NCBI GenBank assembly: GCA_963780925.1
Contig: CAWAEV010000041.1
Coordinates: forward strand, 15,212-79,211
DNA from: an uncultured Alphaproteobacteria bacterium
Lineage (GTDB): Bacteria; Pseudomonadota; Alphaproteobacteria; Rhizobiales; Xanthobacteraceae
DNA: 64,000 nt
Direction of reading: 5' to 3'
Shown here: one piece after another, positions 47,295 through 57,092 of the stretch
Position numbering within the stretch: the first letter of the stretch is position 1
How the letters are laid out: each line of letters opens with the position of its first letter
Made by a program: the position numbers and the translations under genes
The notes under the pieces: generated by a model
The model's input: the letters and a program-made list of their open reading frames with translations, nothing else
What the model was told of the DNA's origin: nothing
Database searches by the model: none

Positions 47295-48440
47295 ATGATC
47301 GCTAACGCTCGTAAAGCCGGTGGGAGCCGGCAGGGGAGCACAACAGCCATGCTGGTCGATCCCAGCAATCCGACCGCCGGCACGACGGTGACCGGCGCAA
47401 TTCGCCAGGCGGCGCAAGCCACCGGGACGAGTTTCCAATACCTGTTGGCGACGGCCCAGGTCGAATCGGGTCTCAATCCGCGGGCAGGCGCTGCGACGTC
47501 CTCGGCGCGCGGGCTGTTCCAATTCATCGACCAGACCTGGCTTACCACCATCAAGCAATCCGGGCCGGCGCTCGGCTATGGCCAATATGCCGCCGCCATC
47601 ACCAAGACCGCGTCCGGCCATTACGTGGTGAGCGATCCGGTCATGCGCAGCGCAATTCTCAAGCTGCGCAACGACCCGACCGCGAACGCGATCATGGCGG
47701 GCGCCTTTACGCAAGCCAATGCGGCGGTGCTGTCGGCGCGGCTCGGCCGCTCGCCGAGCGAAGGCGAACTCTACATCGCGCACTTCCTCGGCGCCGGCGG
47801 CGCGGCGCGGCTGATCTCGTCGGCGGCGGCGAATCCCAATGCCAGCGCGGCGAGCTATTTCCCGATTGCAGCACATGCCAATGCGTCGATCTTCTACGAC
47901 CGCTCGACGGGCGCGCCGCGCAGTCTCGCCGAGGTGCGCAACGTTCTCACCGCGCGCTACGACGTGGCGGCGCGGTCGCGGCCCAGCATGCCGGCGAGCA
48001 CGGTCGCACAAGCCGATATCGCGCCAAGCCCCGGGCGTCCCGCGAGCGCCGTCGCTGCTACCCGTGTTGCGGCCTCCGACGGTCCGACAACGCATTACGT
48101 GCGCACTATTCCTATCTATCTGCCTGCGGCTGCGGCTGCGGCTGCTGTTGCTTCGGCTTCGACAACTGGCACCGCCCCCGCTCCGGCGACAGTCGCCGGT
48201 GTGGTTCCCGATACCGCCGGTATGACCAGCGCTTTCGCCAACGCGGTTCCAGCGCATGTGCAGCAGGACAACGAGATCTTCCACGGCCTGTTCCAAGATC
48301 CCGGACGCACCGGTCCGGTCGCCGCAGTCGTGAGCCAGTTGTGGGGCGTACCGAATACGCCGGCGGGTGCGAATGGGACCTCCACGCCAGCTGCCGCGAT
48401 GATGCTCGATCTGTTCAAGGACAACGAGCGCGGCACCTGA
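47295..48440 (+). CDS. Lytic transglycosylase (SLT)-domain protein with an Ala/Pro-rich tail
   Basis: YLLATAQVESGLNP...ARGLFQFIDQTW... Confidence 0.75.
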   Translation: MIANARKAGGSRQGSTTAMLVDPSNPTAGTTVTGAIRQAAQATGTSFQYLLATAQVESGLNPRAGAATSSARGLFQFIDQTWLTTIKQSGPALGYGQYAAAITKTASGHYVVSDPVMRSAILKLRNDPTANAIMAGAFTQANAAVLSARLGRSPSEGELYIAHFLGAGGAARLISSAAANPNASAASYFPIAAHANASIFYDRSTGAPRSLAEVRNVLTARYDVAARSRPSMPASTVAQADIAPSPGRPASAVAATRVAASDGPTTHYVRTIPIYLPAAAAAAAVASASTTGTAPAPATVAGVVPDTAGMTSAFANAVPAHVQQDNEIFHGLFQDPGRTGPVAAVVSQLWGVPNTPAGANGTSTPAAAMMLDLFKDNERGT

Positions 48441-48542
48441 CCCTCGGACTGCGCAGGACTTGCTATGCCGCGGAAATTGCAACGATTTATGGTGAACACT
48501 TTGTTAAGCGCGGCAGCCTAGTGTGCGGGAAGTGAGCGAGCC

Positions 48543-49712
48543 ATGATCGTCCGCGATTTTCTGCAATGGGTCCGCACCGCGCCGGCCAGCGAACGGGCCG
48601 AAGCCACCAGCGCGCTCGCCCGGGCCTACCTTTATTCCGATCTATCGTCCGACGATCTCGCCGCCGCGGAAGGCGCGATGTTGATGCTGCTCGACGATCC
48701 GTCGCCTTTGGTGCGCCGCGCGCTCGCCGACGCGCTGGCGGCGAGTCCCAGCGCGCCGCCCGCCGTTGTGATCGCGCTTGCCGCCGATCAGCCGCAGATT
48801 GCCGCGCCGGTCTACGCGCTGTCGCCGTTATTCGTCGATGCGGACCTGGTCGATGCAGTCGCAACCGGCGCCGCCGCCGTGCAGGCGGCGATCGCCAGCC
48901 GGGCCGCGCTGCCGTGCTCTGTCGCCGCGGCAATCGCCGAAGTGGGCACGGCGGAATCCTGCCTGTTGCTCGTGGAAAATCCCAGTGCCGATATTGCGCC
49001 GCTCTCCTTCGATCGCATCGTCGAGCGGTACGGTCATCTCGCCGCGATCCGCGAGGCGCTCTTGATGCGCGACGACCTGCCCGCCGCGACGCGGCAGACC
49101 CTCGTCATCAAACTGTCCGAGACGCTTGCCGGTTTTGTCGCCGGTCGCGCCTGGCTCGACGTCGATCATGCCGAGCGCATTGCCCGCGATGCCTGCGAAA
49201 AGGCGACCGTCACGATTGCCGCGGCGACGCCGGAGAGCGAACTTCGCCCGCTCATCCGCCATTTGTGCGCCAGCGGACAGCTCACCGCCGGCCTTATCCT
49301 GCGCGCGCTGTTGTCCGGCAATATCGCGCTCTTCGAGGAGACGCTGGCGGAACTCACGGATATGCCGGTTGTCCGGATTTCCGGGCTCATTCACGACCGC
49401 GGCAGCGTGGGTTTGCGGGCATTGTTCGAAAAAGCGCAACTGCCGCCGTCGACCTATCCGGCGTTTAAGGAAGCGATCGAGGCGCTCCGCGAAGGTGTCC
49501 TGCACGAGCCCGGCGGCGCCACCCGTCTCAAGCGGCGCATGATCGAGCGCGTTCTCACCCGGTGCGAGGATGCCGATCTCGGCGAGCTGGCGCCGCTGTT
49601 GACGCTGTTGCGCCGCTTCGCGACGGAAGCCGCGCGCGAAGAAGCCCGGATGTTCTGCGACGAGCTCGTCGCCGAGGATTTTGCCGCGGCGGGCCACTCC
49701 GTAGCGGCATAG
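48543..49712 (+). CDS. DUF2336-like helical-repeat protein
   Basis: LLDDPSPLVRRALADALA... repeats, as I recall them for DUF2336. Confidence 0.75.
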   Translation: MIVRDFLQWVRTAPASERAEATSALARAYLYSDLSSDDLAAAEGAMLMLLDDPSPLVRRALADALAASPSAPPAVVIALAADQPQIAAPVYALSPLFVDADLVDAVATGAAAVQAAIASRAALPCSVAAAIAEVGTAESCLLLVENPSADIAPLSFDRIVERYGHLAAIREALLMRDDLPAATRQTLVIKLSETLAGFVAGRAWLDVDHAERIARDACEKATVTIAAATPESELRPLIRHLCASGQLTAGLILRALLSGNIALFEETLAELTDMPVVRISGLIHDRGSVGLRALFEKAQLPPSTYPAFKEAIEALREGVLHEPGGATRLKRRMIERVLTRCEDADLGELAPLLTLLRRFATEAAREEARMFCDELVAEDFAAAGHSVAA

Positions 49713-49718
49713 ACCGTC

Positions 49719-50303
49719 TCACGTCCCGGCGGCGCCGGGGGCCAGCGGCGGCGAAAAGATGCTTTCGAGATAATCCGGCCGGAAGTCGTTTTCCCGCTTG
49801 AGGAACTCGTCGGTGACGTCGCGCAAACGCAGCGTCAGCGCGCGGGCCATGTCGGCGAGATCCGGGCGGGCATATTCGCGAGTGATCGCGCGCACGGCAT
49901 CGACGTGCTGATCGACAAGCGCGATCGGTATTTGGCCGATCTCGGGGGTGTGTTCGAGAAGTCGGCACAGGCTTTCGGCGACGCCGGCAGCCGCGGGATA
50001 GCCGAATGTCGCAGCCTCGCCCTTGATGTCATGGGCGGCGCGAAACAGCGCCTCGTGAGTGCGTTCGGTAAAGCCCTGGCGCATGACGTCCTGGCGCGCC
50101 GCTTCGAGGCGTTCGCATTCGGACTGCATCCATGCGGCGAATTCGGAAGACAGCAGGACCAGCGCCGCTTCGGCGCGCGCGACCGGATCGTCGTCGCCTT
50201 CCGCGGCCGGCGCTACGACCTTGCGCAGCTCGTGCGGCGGCGTGATGACTTCGTGATCGGCGTATGTCGCGACCGAGGGAGTATCGTCCTTGCGCTGGGC
50301 CAT
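49719..50303 (-). CDS. Hpt-domain phosphotransfer protein
   Basis: FRAAHDIKGEAATFGY. Confidence 0.8.
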   Translation of the reverse strand: MAQRKDDTPSVATYADHEVITPPHELRKVVAPAAEGDDDPVARAEAALVLLSSEFAAWMQSECERLEAARQDVMRQGFTERTHEALFRAAHDIKGEAATFGYPAAAGVAESLCRLLEHTPEIGQIPIALVDQHVDAVRAITREYARPDLADMARALTLRLRDVTDEFLKRENDFRPDYLESIFSPPLAPGAAGT

Positions 50304-50321
50304 TGCGAATGATGCTCCTGG

Positions 50322-50867
50322 TCAGACCAAGACCTTGGCTTTATCGAGCAAGGGTTGTTGGCGCGTGACTTCCGCCTTGACGCCTTTGCGCCGTTCCGGC
50401 CCGACGTAGTTCGGATTGACGTTGCGCCGCCGGTCCGGGCCGAAATAGTTCTTGCTCTTGATGAACGGCCGCGGATTGGCGACCACGTTGAGAATGCGCT
50501 CGTAGAGCGCCTTGGCCGAGATCGGCTTGGCCAGGAATTCGGTGACGCCGGCATCGCGCGCGTTCATGATCCGCTTCTTCTCGGAATGCCCGGTGAGCAT
50601 GATGATCGGCACATAAGGATTGGCGTTGGCGCCGGGCTGGCGGATCATTTGCGCCAGTTCCAAGCCGTCGAAGATCGGCATCACCCAGTCGACGATGATG
50701 ATGTCCGGCATGTAATGGGTAAAGGCTTCGAGGCCGGCGGCGCCGTCTTCGGCTTCATAGACTTCGCGCGTACCGAAGCCATGCAGCAGCGTGCGCAGGA
50801 TACGCCGCATATGCGCATTGTCGTCGATAACCAGAAAACGCAGGCGATTGAAATCGATGCGAACCAT
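50322..50867 (-). CDS. Single-domain response regulator with a basic C-terminal tail
   Basis: FLVIDDN...IIIVDWVMP...LAKP. Confidence 0.9.
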   Translation of the reverse strand: MVRIDFNRLRFLVIDDNAHMRRILRTLLHGFGTREVYEAEDGAAGLEAFTHYMPDIIIVDWVMPIFDGLELAQMIRQPGANANPYVPIIMLTGHSEKKRIMNARDAGVTEFLAKPISAKALYERILNVVANPRPFIKSKNYFGPDRRRNVNPNYVGPERRKGVKAEVTRQQPLLDKAKVLV

Positions 50868-50960
50868 ACGGCCCCCTGCGCGGCCAACGCGACCACGTCA
50901 GCCTCGCAGGCTCGATCGTAAAGAATCGTCGTTAACGGTCGGTTAAGACTTCGGCGAACG

Positions 50961-51749
50961 TCAGTAGCCGAATTGCTCGCTGAGGATGCGCTCGTCGAGG
51001 CTGTGGCCGGGATCGAATAGCATGTGCATGGCGGTTGAGTGATCCAGGCTGATCTCGACGGAGCGGACCGAGCGCACTTCGTCATGATCGGCGACGGCGG
51101 CGACGGGGCGCTTGCCGGCTTCGAGCACCTCGATCGTGACTTTCGCGCGGTCGGGCAACAGCGCGCCGCGCCAGCGCCGCGGCCGGAACGGGCTGATCGG
51201 GGTGAGCGCCAAAAGCGGCGCGCCGATCGGGATGATCGGCCCCTGCGCCGAAAGATTGTATGCGGTCGATCCGGCCGGGGTCGCCAGCAGGATGCCGTCG
51301 GCGACGAGCTCGGCAAGCCGCTCCTTGCCGTCGATCAAGACGCGCAGCCGCGCGGCCTGATAGGTCTGGCGGAACAGCGAGACTTCGTTGATAGCGCGGT
51401 GCCGGTGCGCGCGGCCGGCGGCGTCGCGCGCGCGCATCAACAGCGGGTGGATGACGCTGACATGCGCGGCGGCGAGCCGTTCGACCAGCCCGTGTTCGGA
51501 GTACTCGTTCATCAGGAAACCGACGGTGCCGCGGTGCATGCCGTAGATCGGCTTGCCGGAATTCATGAACCGCTGCAGGGTCGCCAACATCAGTCCGTCG
51601 CCGCCCAGCGCGACGATGACATCGGCGGTCTCCGGCCGGGCGTCGCCATAGCGTTTGACCAGCCGGCGGCGCGCCCGCTGCGCCTCGGGCACGTCGCTGG
51701 CGACGAAGGCGATGTGCTTGAATTTGGCTGCGGGGCGGCGTTTCGGCAT
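50961..51749 (-). CDS. nadK: NAD kinase
   Basis: [15 protein letters not shown], and the [12 protein letters not shown] motif. Confidence 0.9.
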   Translation of the reverse strand: MPKRRPAAKFKHIAFVASDVPEAQRARRRLVKRYGDARPETADVIVALGGDGLMLATLQRFMNSGKPIYGMHRGTVGFLMNEYSEHGLVERLAAAHVSVIHPLLMRARDAAGRAHRHRAINEVSLFRQTYQAARLRVLIDGKERLAELVADGILLATPAGSTAYNLSAQGPIIPIGAPLLALTPISPFRPRRWRGALLPDRAKVTIEVLEAGKRPVAAVADHDEVRSVRSVEISLDHSTAMHMLFDPGHSLDERILSEQFGY

Positions 51750-51810
51750 AACGATCGGGCTTTGCGCTAGGCGGCGTGGCGCTCGGGGAGATCGATAAGG
51801 GACAATCGAG

Positions 51811-52146
51811 ATGGATACAAATGCGCGCGCGGTGTTCGTCTATACGACCTATCCCTCGGTTGTCGAGGCGGAGCGCGCCGGCCGCACGCTGGTCGAACGC
51901 CGGCTCTGTGCCTGCGTTAATATTCTGCCCGGCATGGTCTCGCTTTACTGGTGGCAAGGCGCAATCGAGCGCGGCGACGAGGTGGTGATGATCATCAAGA
52001 CCCGCGCCACGCTGGTCGAGGCGGTGCGCGTCGCGGTGAGGCAGATGCACTCTTATACGACCCCCGCCATCCTGGTGCTGCCGATCGAAACCGTCGATCC
52101 GGACTATCACGCCTGGCTGATGGCGGAGACGGAGCAGGGGAGATGA
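51811..52146 (+). CDS. cutA: Divalent-cation tolerance protein CutA
   Basis: [17 protein letters not shown]...HSYTTPAI. Confidence 0.9.
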   Translation: MDTNARAVFVYTTYPSVVEAERAGRTLVERRLCACVNILPGMVSLYWWQGAIERGDEVVMIIKTRATLVEAVRVAVRQMHSYTTPAILVLPIETVDPDYHAWLMAETEQGR

Positions 52147-52197
52147 GCCTCTATCCGCACCCGTGAAGCGAAACGAAGCCGGGGAGGATAAAAGAGG

Positions 52198-52743
52198 CTA
52201 ATACGTCACAGTGCCGTCGATCGCCGCCTTGAGCGCGGTATAGGCGCGGCAATCGGTGCCGCAGATGGTCTTGACCTTTTGGAGGTCGTCCTTGGCTTTG
52301 AGAATGTTGCCTTGTTCGGCCTGCCACATGCCGTAATAGGACCAGGTCAGCGCGTGGTTGGGATCGGCGGCGAGCGCGCGGTCGTACCAGACCTTGGCGT
52401 CGTCATAGCGGCCAAGCTTGCGGGTCGCATAACCGATCAGGGTCGCCACGTCGGCATTGTCGTCGTAACCCATTGAGCGCAGCTCCGCGATGCCGTCGAC
52501 ATAGTCGGCCTTGTCGTAGATGAGGGCATAGGCCTTGTGCCAGCCTTTGTAGAACTCCTCCGTCGCGCTCGACTTCTTCGACTTCTTGACATGTGCCTTC
52601 TTCGTGCCTTGAGCGGCCGGCGGCTGCTGCGTCGTCGTTTGCGGCGCCGCGGGACTGCCGCTCTCGATGGCCCTGGCGATATTCGGCACGCTGGCGGTGG
52701 CGCTCACGAGAATGGCGGCGGTGAGCAATGGGATTTTGCGCAT
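52198..52743 (-). CDS. Secreted TPR-like protein
   Basis: Signal peptide, a Lys-rich linker and TPR-like repeats (YDRALAADPNHALTWSYYGMW). Confidence 0.75.
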   Translation of the reverse strand: MRKIPLLTAAILVSATASVPNIARAIESGSPAAPQTTTQQPPAAQGTKKAHVKKSKKSSATEEFYKGWHKAYALIYDKADYVDGIAELRSMGYDDNADVATLIGYATRKLGRYDDAKVWYDRALAADPNHALTWSYYGMWQAEQGNILKAKDDLQKVKTICGTDCRAYTALKAAIDGTVTY

Positions 52744-53000
52744 GACCTCCTCCGGTTCAGGACGCTCGACAGCACTCGCGAGGGGTAAACACCGGCAGCC
52801 TAGCAGTTCATCCCGGAACCCGCTCCTGGTTCCATACCACTCGGCACGCCGGAATATTCCCGCGAGATTACGACAATTTCACGTAGATGAACGGTTTCTG
52901 CTGACGTACTTCAGCACCCATTCAGTCGGCCAAGTTTAAACGGGTGTTTGAAAACGGCGCGATGTCGCAATCGCCGCCGCGAAACAATAAGGAGAACGTT

Positions 53001-53321
53001 ATGTTGAAGAAATTCGCCGCCGCGCTGGTCGCGACCACCCTGGTCGCCGGGCCGGCTTTCGCGCAATCGACTGGAAATTCAGGTGCGACGCCGACCACTC
53101 CGGCTGCTCAGGCCACCCAAGCCGCGCCTTCCACCGCTGCCGCCAAGCCGACCGTCAAGACGACTGCCAAAACGGCGAAGACGGTCAGGCACACGGCAAA
53201 GCACGTCCGCAAGCATGCCGCACGGAGCCCGAAGAAAGGCGCCGCAATGCACCAGGCGCGTCACGTCAAACCCGCCAAGGCGCATCAGGCCGGCGTCACG
53301 GCAGCCGCAAAGCGGTCGTAA
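53001..53321 (+). CDS. Small secreted basic Ala/Thr/Lys-rich protein
   Basis: AAGGAG RBS, signal peptide MLKKFAAALVATTLVAGPAFA, low-complexity body. Confidence 0.6.
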   Translation: MLKKFAAALVATTLVAGPAFAQSTGNSGATPTTPAAQATQAAPSTAAAKPTVKTTAKTAKTVRHTAKHVRKHAARSPKKGAAMHQARHVKPAKAHQAGVTAAAKRS

Positions 53322-53526
53322 CGAGCTTGCCTGCGACCCGGAATATGCACCCCACAAAGGTCGCGAACCGAGGCCCGGGTCGTACGCACCGGCTTGCGGG
53401 TGTCCGGCTAGACCCGGTCCGCTCCGCAAGCCGGACTTAACGCACGATCGGGAATTGGTTTCCCGATCGTGCACAGCAAAGTCGTCCCGCGTCCAACAAC
53501 AACGAACAAATAGCGATCGGGATCAG

Positions 53527-53560
53527 GGAGGCCGGCTCACCAGCCGGCCTCCGATCTTTT
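53527..53560 (+). terminator. Hairpin plus T-run
   Basis: GGAGGCCGGCT-cacc-AGCCGGCCTCC followed by gatcTTTT. It lies about 200 nt downstream of the nearest plus-strand stop. Confidence 0.45.
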
Positions 53561-53570
53561 AGCGTATTAC

Positions 53571-53620
53571 AGCGTAATCCCCGAAAAGTGGAAGCCGGTT
53601 TTCGGAGAAGGAATCACGTT
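53571..53620. repeat. Degenerate copy of the GAGCATGATC-family repeat core
   Basis: CCCGAAAAGTGGAAGCCGGTTTTCGG, matching the core of the copy at 10131. Confidence 0.4.
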
Positions 53621-53623
53621 CAA

Positions 53624-54592
53624 CTAAAGATTCGTCTGCCATTCGATCGGCACATGCTCGTAGCCGGTCGCAGTCTTGATCAGGTGGCCGCAAGCCGGGA
53701 ACGGAAAGTGGTAGCCGGTGATCAGCATGCGGTCGGCCGCGGCGCGGTCGAAGATCTTCTTGCGCGTGGCCACCGCCTGCGGCCCGTCGACATCGAAAGC
53801 GGCCTGCCAATTGGGGTGGCGCGCGAAGACGGCGGGATGCTGGGCGGTGTCGCTTAACGCCAGAAGCGACTGATTGCCGGAATGGATGGCAAAAACCGTA
53901 TGGCCCGGCGTGTGTCCCGGAGCGGGCAGGGTGACGATGCCGGGCGCGACCTCCTTGCCCGGCTGGTAGTGGGTCACCTGCCTGGCGATATCGGCGAAAA
54001 TGCGCCGCTGATTGAGGAAGGTCGGTTTTAAATCCGCGGACGCGGCGTTCAAGTTGGCGTCGTCCATCCAGAATGCCCATTCCGGTTCCGGCACCATGAT
54101 CTCGGCATTGGGGAAGATCGGATTGTTGTCCTTGTCCTTGATGCCGTTGATGTGGTCGGGATGAAAATGCGAGATGACGATCTGGTCGACCGCGTTCGGG
54201 TCGATCCCGGCAGCCATGAGATTGTCGCGCAGCTCGCCAGCCGATGGCGAGATCTGGCCGCCGGTGCCGGTGTCGATCAGAACGAGTTTACCGCCGGTAT
54301 TGACGACAAGCGCCGTAAACGGCGTCGCCAGTTTGTCGTGCGGCATAAAGGCTGCGTCGAGGGCGTGCTCCACTTCGGCGAACGGCGCATTGCGGATGAA
54401 TTTGTCGGTGATCGGCCGATACCAGATGCCGTCATAGAGCGCGGTGAGCTCGTAGGATCCGATTCGGTACCGATAGACGGCGGGCGCTTGTTTGTCGGCG
54501 GACGGCGCAGCGGCCGCGGCGGCATCGGCGCCAGAGCCGATTGCCGTCAGCGCCGTGCCTGCAAGGAGTGCGCGTCGGGTCAATGCCGACAT
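53624..54592 (-). CDS. Tat-exported MBL-fold hydrolase (lactonase-like)
   Basis: The twin-arginine leader MSALTRRALLAGTA, HFHPDH, PGHTPGH. Confidence 0.85.
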   Translation of the reverse strand: MSALTRRALLAGTALTAIGSGADAAAAAAPSADKQAPAVYRYRIGSYELTALYDGIWYRPITDKFIRNAPFAEVEHALDAAFMPHDKLATPFTALVVNTGGKLVLIDTGTGGQISPSAGELRDNLMAAGIDPNAVDQIVISHFHPDHINGIKDKDNNPIFPNAEIMVPEPEWAFWMDDANLNAASADLKPTFLNQRRIFADIARQVTHYQPGKEVAPGIVTLPAPGHTPGHTVFAIHSGNQSLLALSDTAQHPAVFARHPNWQAAFDVDGPQAVATRKKIFDRAAADRMLITGYHFPFPACGHLIKTATGYEHVPIEWQTNL

Positions 54593-54619
54593 GGCGTTTC
54601 TCCTCTTCGCCGGTGGATA

Positions 54620-54874
54620 TCAGTTGCCACTCCCGGTTGCTTCCATCCTCACGAAACCGCCGATCTTGATGCAAGCATCCGTACCGGGAAGCTGAACAAA
54701 GCCGGCGCCATACGCGCTGCAAGTCTTGACGCGTTCACGAACCGGCGCTTTCGCCGGAGCGGGCAGTGGCGCCGGCTTGGGATCGGGGCTGGTCAGCGTC
54801 TGCGCGGCGGCGGCCGCGACGTGAAGTGCGGTCGCCATCACGAAGATCGCGAGCAGCGTGGCGGCCCGCTGCAT
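54620..54874 (-). CDS. 84-aa secreted protein resembling only the N-terminus of Rhizobiales porins
   Basis: Signal peptide plus CSAYGAGFVQLPGTDACIKIGGFVR. Its start overlaps the upstream stop (TGATG). Confidence 0.5.
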   Translation of the reverse strand: MQRAATLLAIFVMATALHVAAAAAQTLTSPDPKPAPLPAPAKAPVRERVKTCSAYGAGFVQLPGTDACIKIGGFVRMEATGSGN

Positions 54875-55599
54875 CACAGCGTCTCGGCGAAGAAGTCGCG
54901 CATCAGCATATAGGATTTGCGGCAGAGCTTTTCGTCGTAGCGCTGCGCGGCGGCGTTCGCCGTCGGATCGCAGAACGAATGCACTGCGCCGCCGAACATC
55001 ATGATCTGCCAATCGACCTTGGCCTTGGTCAGCTCGTCCTCGAAGGCGTCCATCATCGGTTTCGGCGTAACGGGGTCCGCCGAGCCGTGAATCGCCAGCA
55101 CGCGGCCTTTGATGTTGCACGGCGTGCCGGCCAGAACCGGATTCGGGTTGGTGACGTGGAACACGACGAGCGCTTTGTAATCCGCGGCGGCGCGCGCCTG
55201 CTCGAGTACATAGCCGCCGCCCGCGCAATAGCCGATCGCCACGACCTTGGCGGCATCGGCGACGCCGAGTTTTTGCGCTTCGGTCGATAACGCGTCGTAG
55301 GCCTTGCCGCCGCAAGCGAGCGTGAAGGGCAGGCTGTTGTGCACGGCGAGCATGCCGGCGCGCAGATCGTCGATCGTCTTCGGCTTGGCGCCGTAGCCGG
55401 CCCCGAACATGTCGGCCATCAGCACCACGTAATCCTTGCCGGCGACGGCGCGCGCCTGGCCGATCGTGTCGGGACAGACGCCCTTCCAGTCGGGCTGCAT
55501 GAAGACGATCGGCCGCTTTGCCGCCACGGCGTCGTCATAGACGATCATGCCCTCGAATTGCCTGCCGTCGACCTGATACGGCACCTTCTTCTCGGCCAT
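54874..55599 (-). CDS. Dienelactone hydrolase family protein
   Basis: GYCAGGG nucleophile motif, HGSADP, GAVHSF. Confidence 0.9.
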   Translation of the reverse strand: MAEKKVPYQVDGRQFEGMIVYDDAVAAKRPIVFMQPDWKGVCPDTIGQARAVAGKDYVVLMADMFGAGYGAKPKTIDDLRAGMLAVHNSLPFTLACGGKAYDALSTEAQKLGVADAAKVVAIGYCAGGGYVLEQARAAADYKALVVFHVTNPNPVLAGTPCNIKGRVLAIHGSADPVTPKPMMDAFEDELTKAKVDWQIMMFGGAVHSFCDPTANAAAQRYDEKLCRKSYMLMRDFFAETL

Positions 55600-55755
55600 T
55601 GCGCGCTCCCTCCTCGTGTCGGCGCATGCATACTAACCGAATTTGCGCGGCAATATTCCACTGTGATTCCCACGGTGGAACCAGTAGCGGGCCCGTTGCC
55701 GAACTCCGCAATCGCATGTAGGAGCGTAGGTCGGAACGAAAGAAAGCACCCCCCG

Positions 55756-55962
55756 ATGTCGAAGCAAGATATGCGCGCCGAGACCGAACGCCTGGTCAAA
55801 GAGGCTATGGAGCGCAAATCCGTCACCATCAAGCGGGGTGACACCCGTATCGAAGCGATCTGCGGCAAATGTGGCGCGCCAAACCGCGTGACGGCACAGC
55901 AGGGACAAAGTCGGGTCACCTATAAGTGCAAGGAATGCGGCGCCGAACAGAGGACGCTGTAG
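55756..55962 (+). CDS. Small zinc-ribbon protein
   Basis: 68 aa with CGKCGA...CKECGA. Confidence 0.6.
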   Translation: MSKQDMRAETERLVKEAMERKSVTIKRGDTRIEAICGKCGAPNRVTAQQGQSRVTYKCKECGAEQRTL

Positions 55963-55984
55963 GCGAGGATCGTGGCGAAAAATT

Positions 55985-56059
55985 TGGTGCCGGGTAGAGG
56001 ATTTGAACCCCTGACCAACGGTTTACAAAACCGCTGCTCTACCGCTGAGCTAACCCGGC
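55985..56059 (-). tRNA. tRNA-Thr (anticodon UGU), CCA encoded
   Basis: The reverse complement GCCGGGT-TA-GCTC-AGCGGTA-GAGC-A-GCGGT-TTTGTAA-ACCGT-TGGTC-AGGGG-TTCAAAT-CCTCT-ACCCGGC-A-CCA folds as a canonical cloverleaf. Confidence 0.95.
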
Positions 56060-56138
56060 TTAATTGCGCGTTCTAAGACTTTACGCCGCAAATTGCCACT
56101 GCTTGCTGGCCTGGTGCCGTAGACTTACAATTGCGGCA

Positions 56139-57011
56139 ATGGTGAAACGGTCCGACGTCGTTGCGATCGCGTGCGGTCTGAGTATCGGCCTGTCGGCGCT
56201 AGTTATCGCCGTGGTCGAGAGTCCCGCCCATGCGCAATCGGCCGCTTTGGTGCTGTGCGACCGGGTGGCGGCCGATCCGACCGATCCGGACAAGCCGGCG
56301 GATGTCAGAGGCGCCGACACGATCGCTCCGACCGATGTCGCCACCGCGATCAAATATTGCAAGGCGGCCGCGACGGCCAAGGCGGCGGTTGAGTCGCGCC
56401 GCGCGCTGTACGAGCTCGGCCGCGCCTATGCCGCCAATCAGCAACTGCCGGAAGCGATCGGCGCTTATCGCAAGGCGGCCGACAAGGGCAGCAGCTCGGC
56501 CATGGTCGAGCTCGGCGTGTTGCTCGCCAACGGCACCGGCGTGGCCAAGGACGAGGTTCAGGCGCGCACGCTGTTCCAGCGCGCCGCGGAAGCCGGAAAT
56601 CCGCGCGGCGCCACCAACCTTGCCGCACTTTCGGGCAATGGCGGCACGCCGTCGGATCCCATCGAAGCGAGAGCCTTGCTGGAGAAAGCGGCGGCGACCA
56701 ATTCCGCGGAGGCGGAATTCGAGCTCGGACTGATGCTGGCGAACGGCACCGGCGGGCCGAAGGACGACGTCGGCGCGCGGGCCATGTTCGCCAAGGCCGC
56801 CGCGCAGAATCATGCTGCGGCATCGGACTGGCTCGCCTCGTTTGAGGAAGCCGGACGAGGGGGACCGGAGGATAAAAAGGCCGCCAAGGCGGATTACGAG
56901 CGCGCGGTGGCGCTCGGCGACGACAATGCCAAAGCCGGTCTCGATCGCTTGAAATGTCCGCTCGTGCTCACCACCAAGCGCGGCGATGTCTGGACCCACC
57001 TTTGCTTTTAG
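56139..57011 (+). CDS. Secreted Sel1-repeat protein
   Basis: Repeated A..G...A...LG.....G.GV.KD...A blocks. Confidence 0.85.
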   Translation: MVKRSDVVAIACGLSIGLSALVIAVVESPAHAQSAALVLCDRVAADPTDPDKPADVRGADTIAPTDVATAIKYCKAAATAKAAVESRRALYELGRAYAANQQLPEAIGAYRKAADKGSSSAMVELGVLLANGTGVAKDEVQARTLFQRAAEAGNPRGATNLAALSGNGGTPSDPIEARALLEKAAATNSAEAEFELGLMLANGTGGPKDDVGARAMFAKAAAQNHAAASDWLASFEEAGRGGPEDKKAAKADYERAVALGDDNAKAGLDRLKCPLVLTTKRGDVWTHLCF

Positions 57012-57092
57012 CTGATTGGCCAATAGATTTATTCCGCGCGCAGAAAACCGCGCCCACCTATATTCCACCTATCGAGAAATAAGGTCGGTGCC

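Noticed and set aside
55985-56059. tRNA-Thr as an integration site for a second island, covering the flanking Sel1 and zinc-ribbon genes.
   Set aside because: There is no integrase, no direct repeat of the tRNA 3' end and no visible compositional break on either side.
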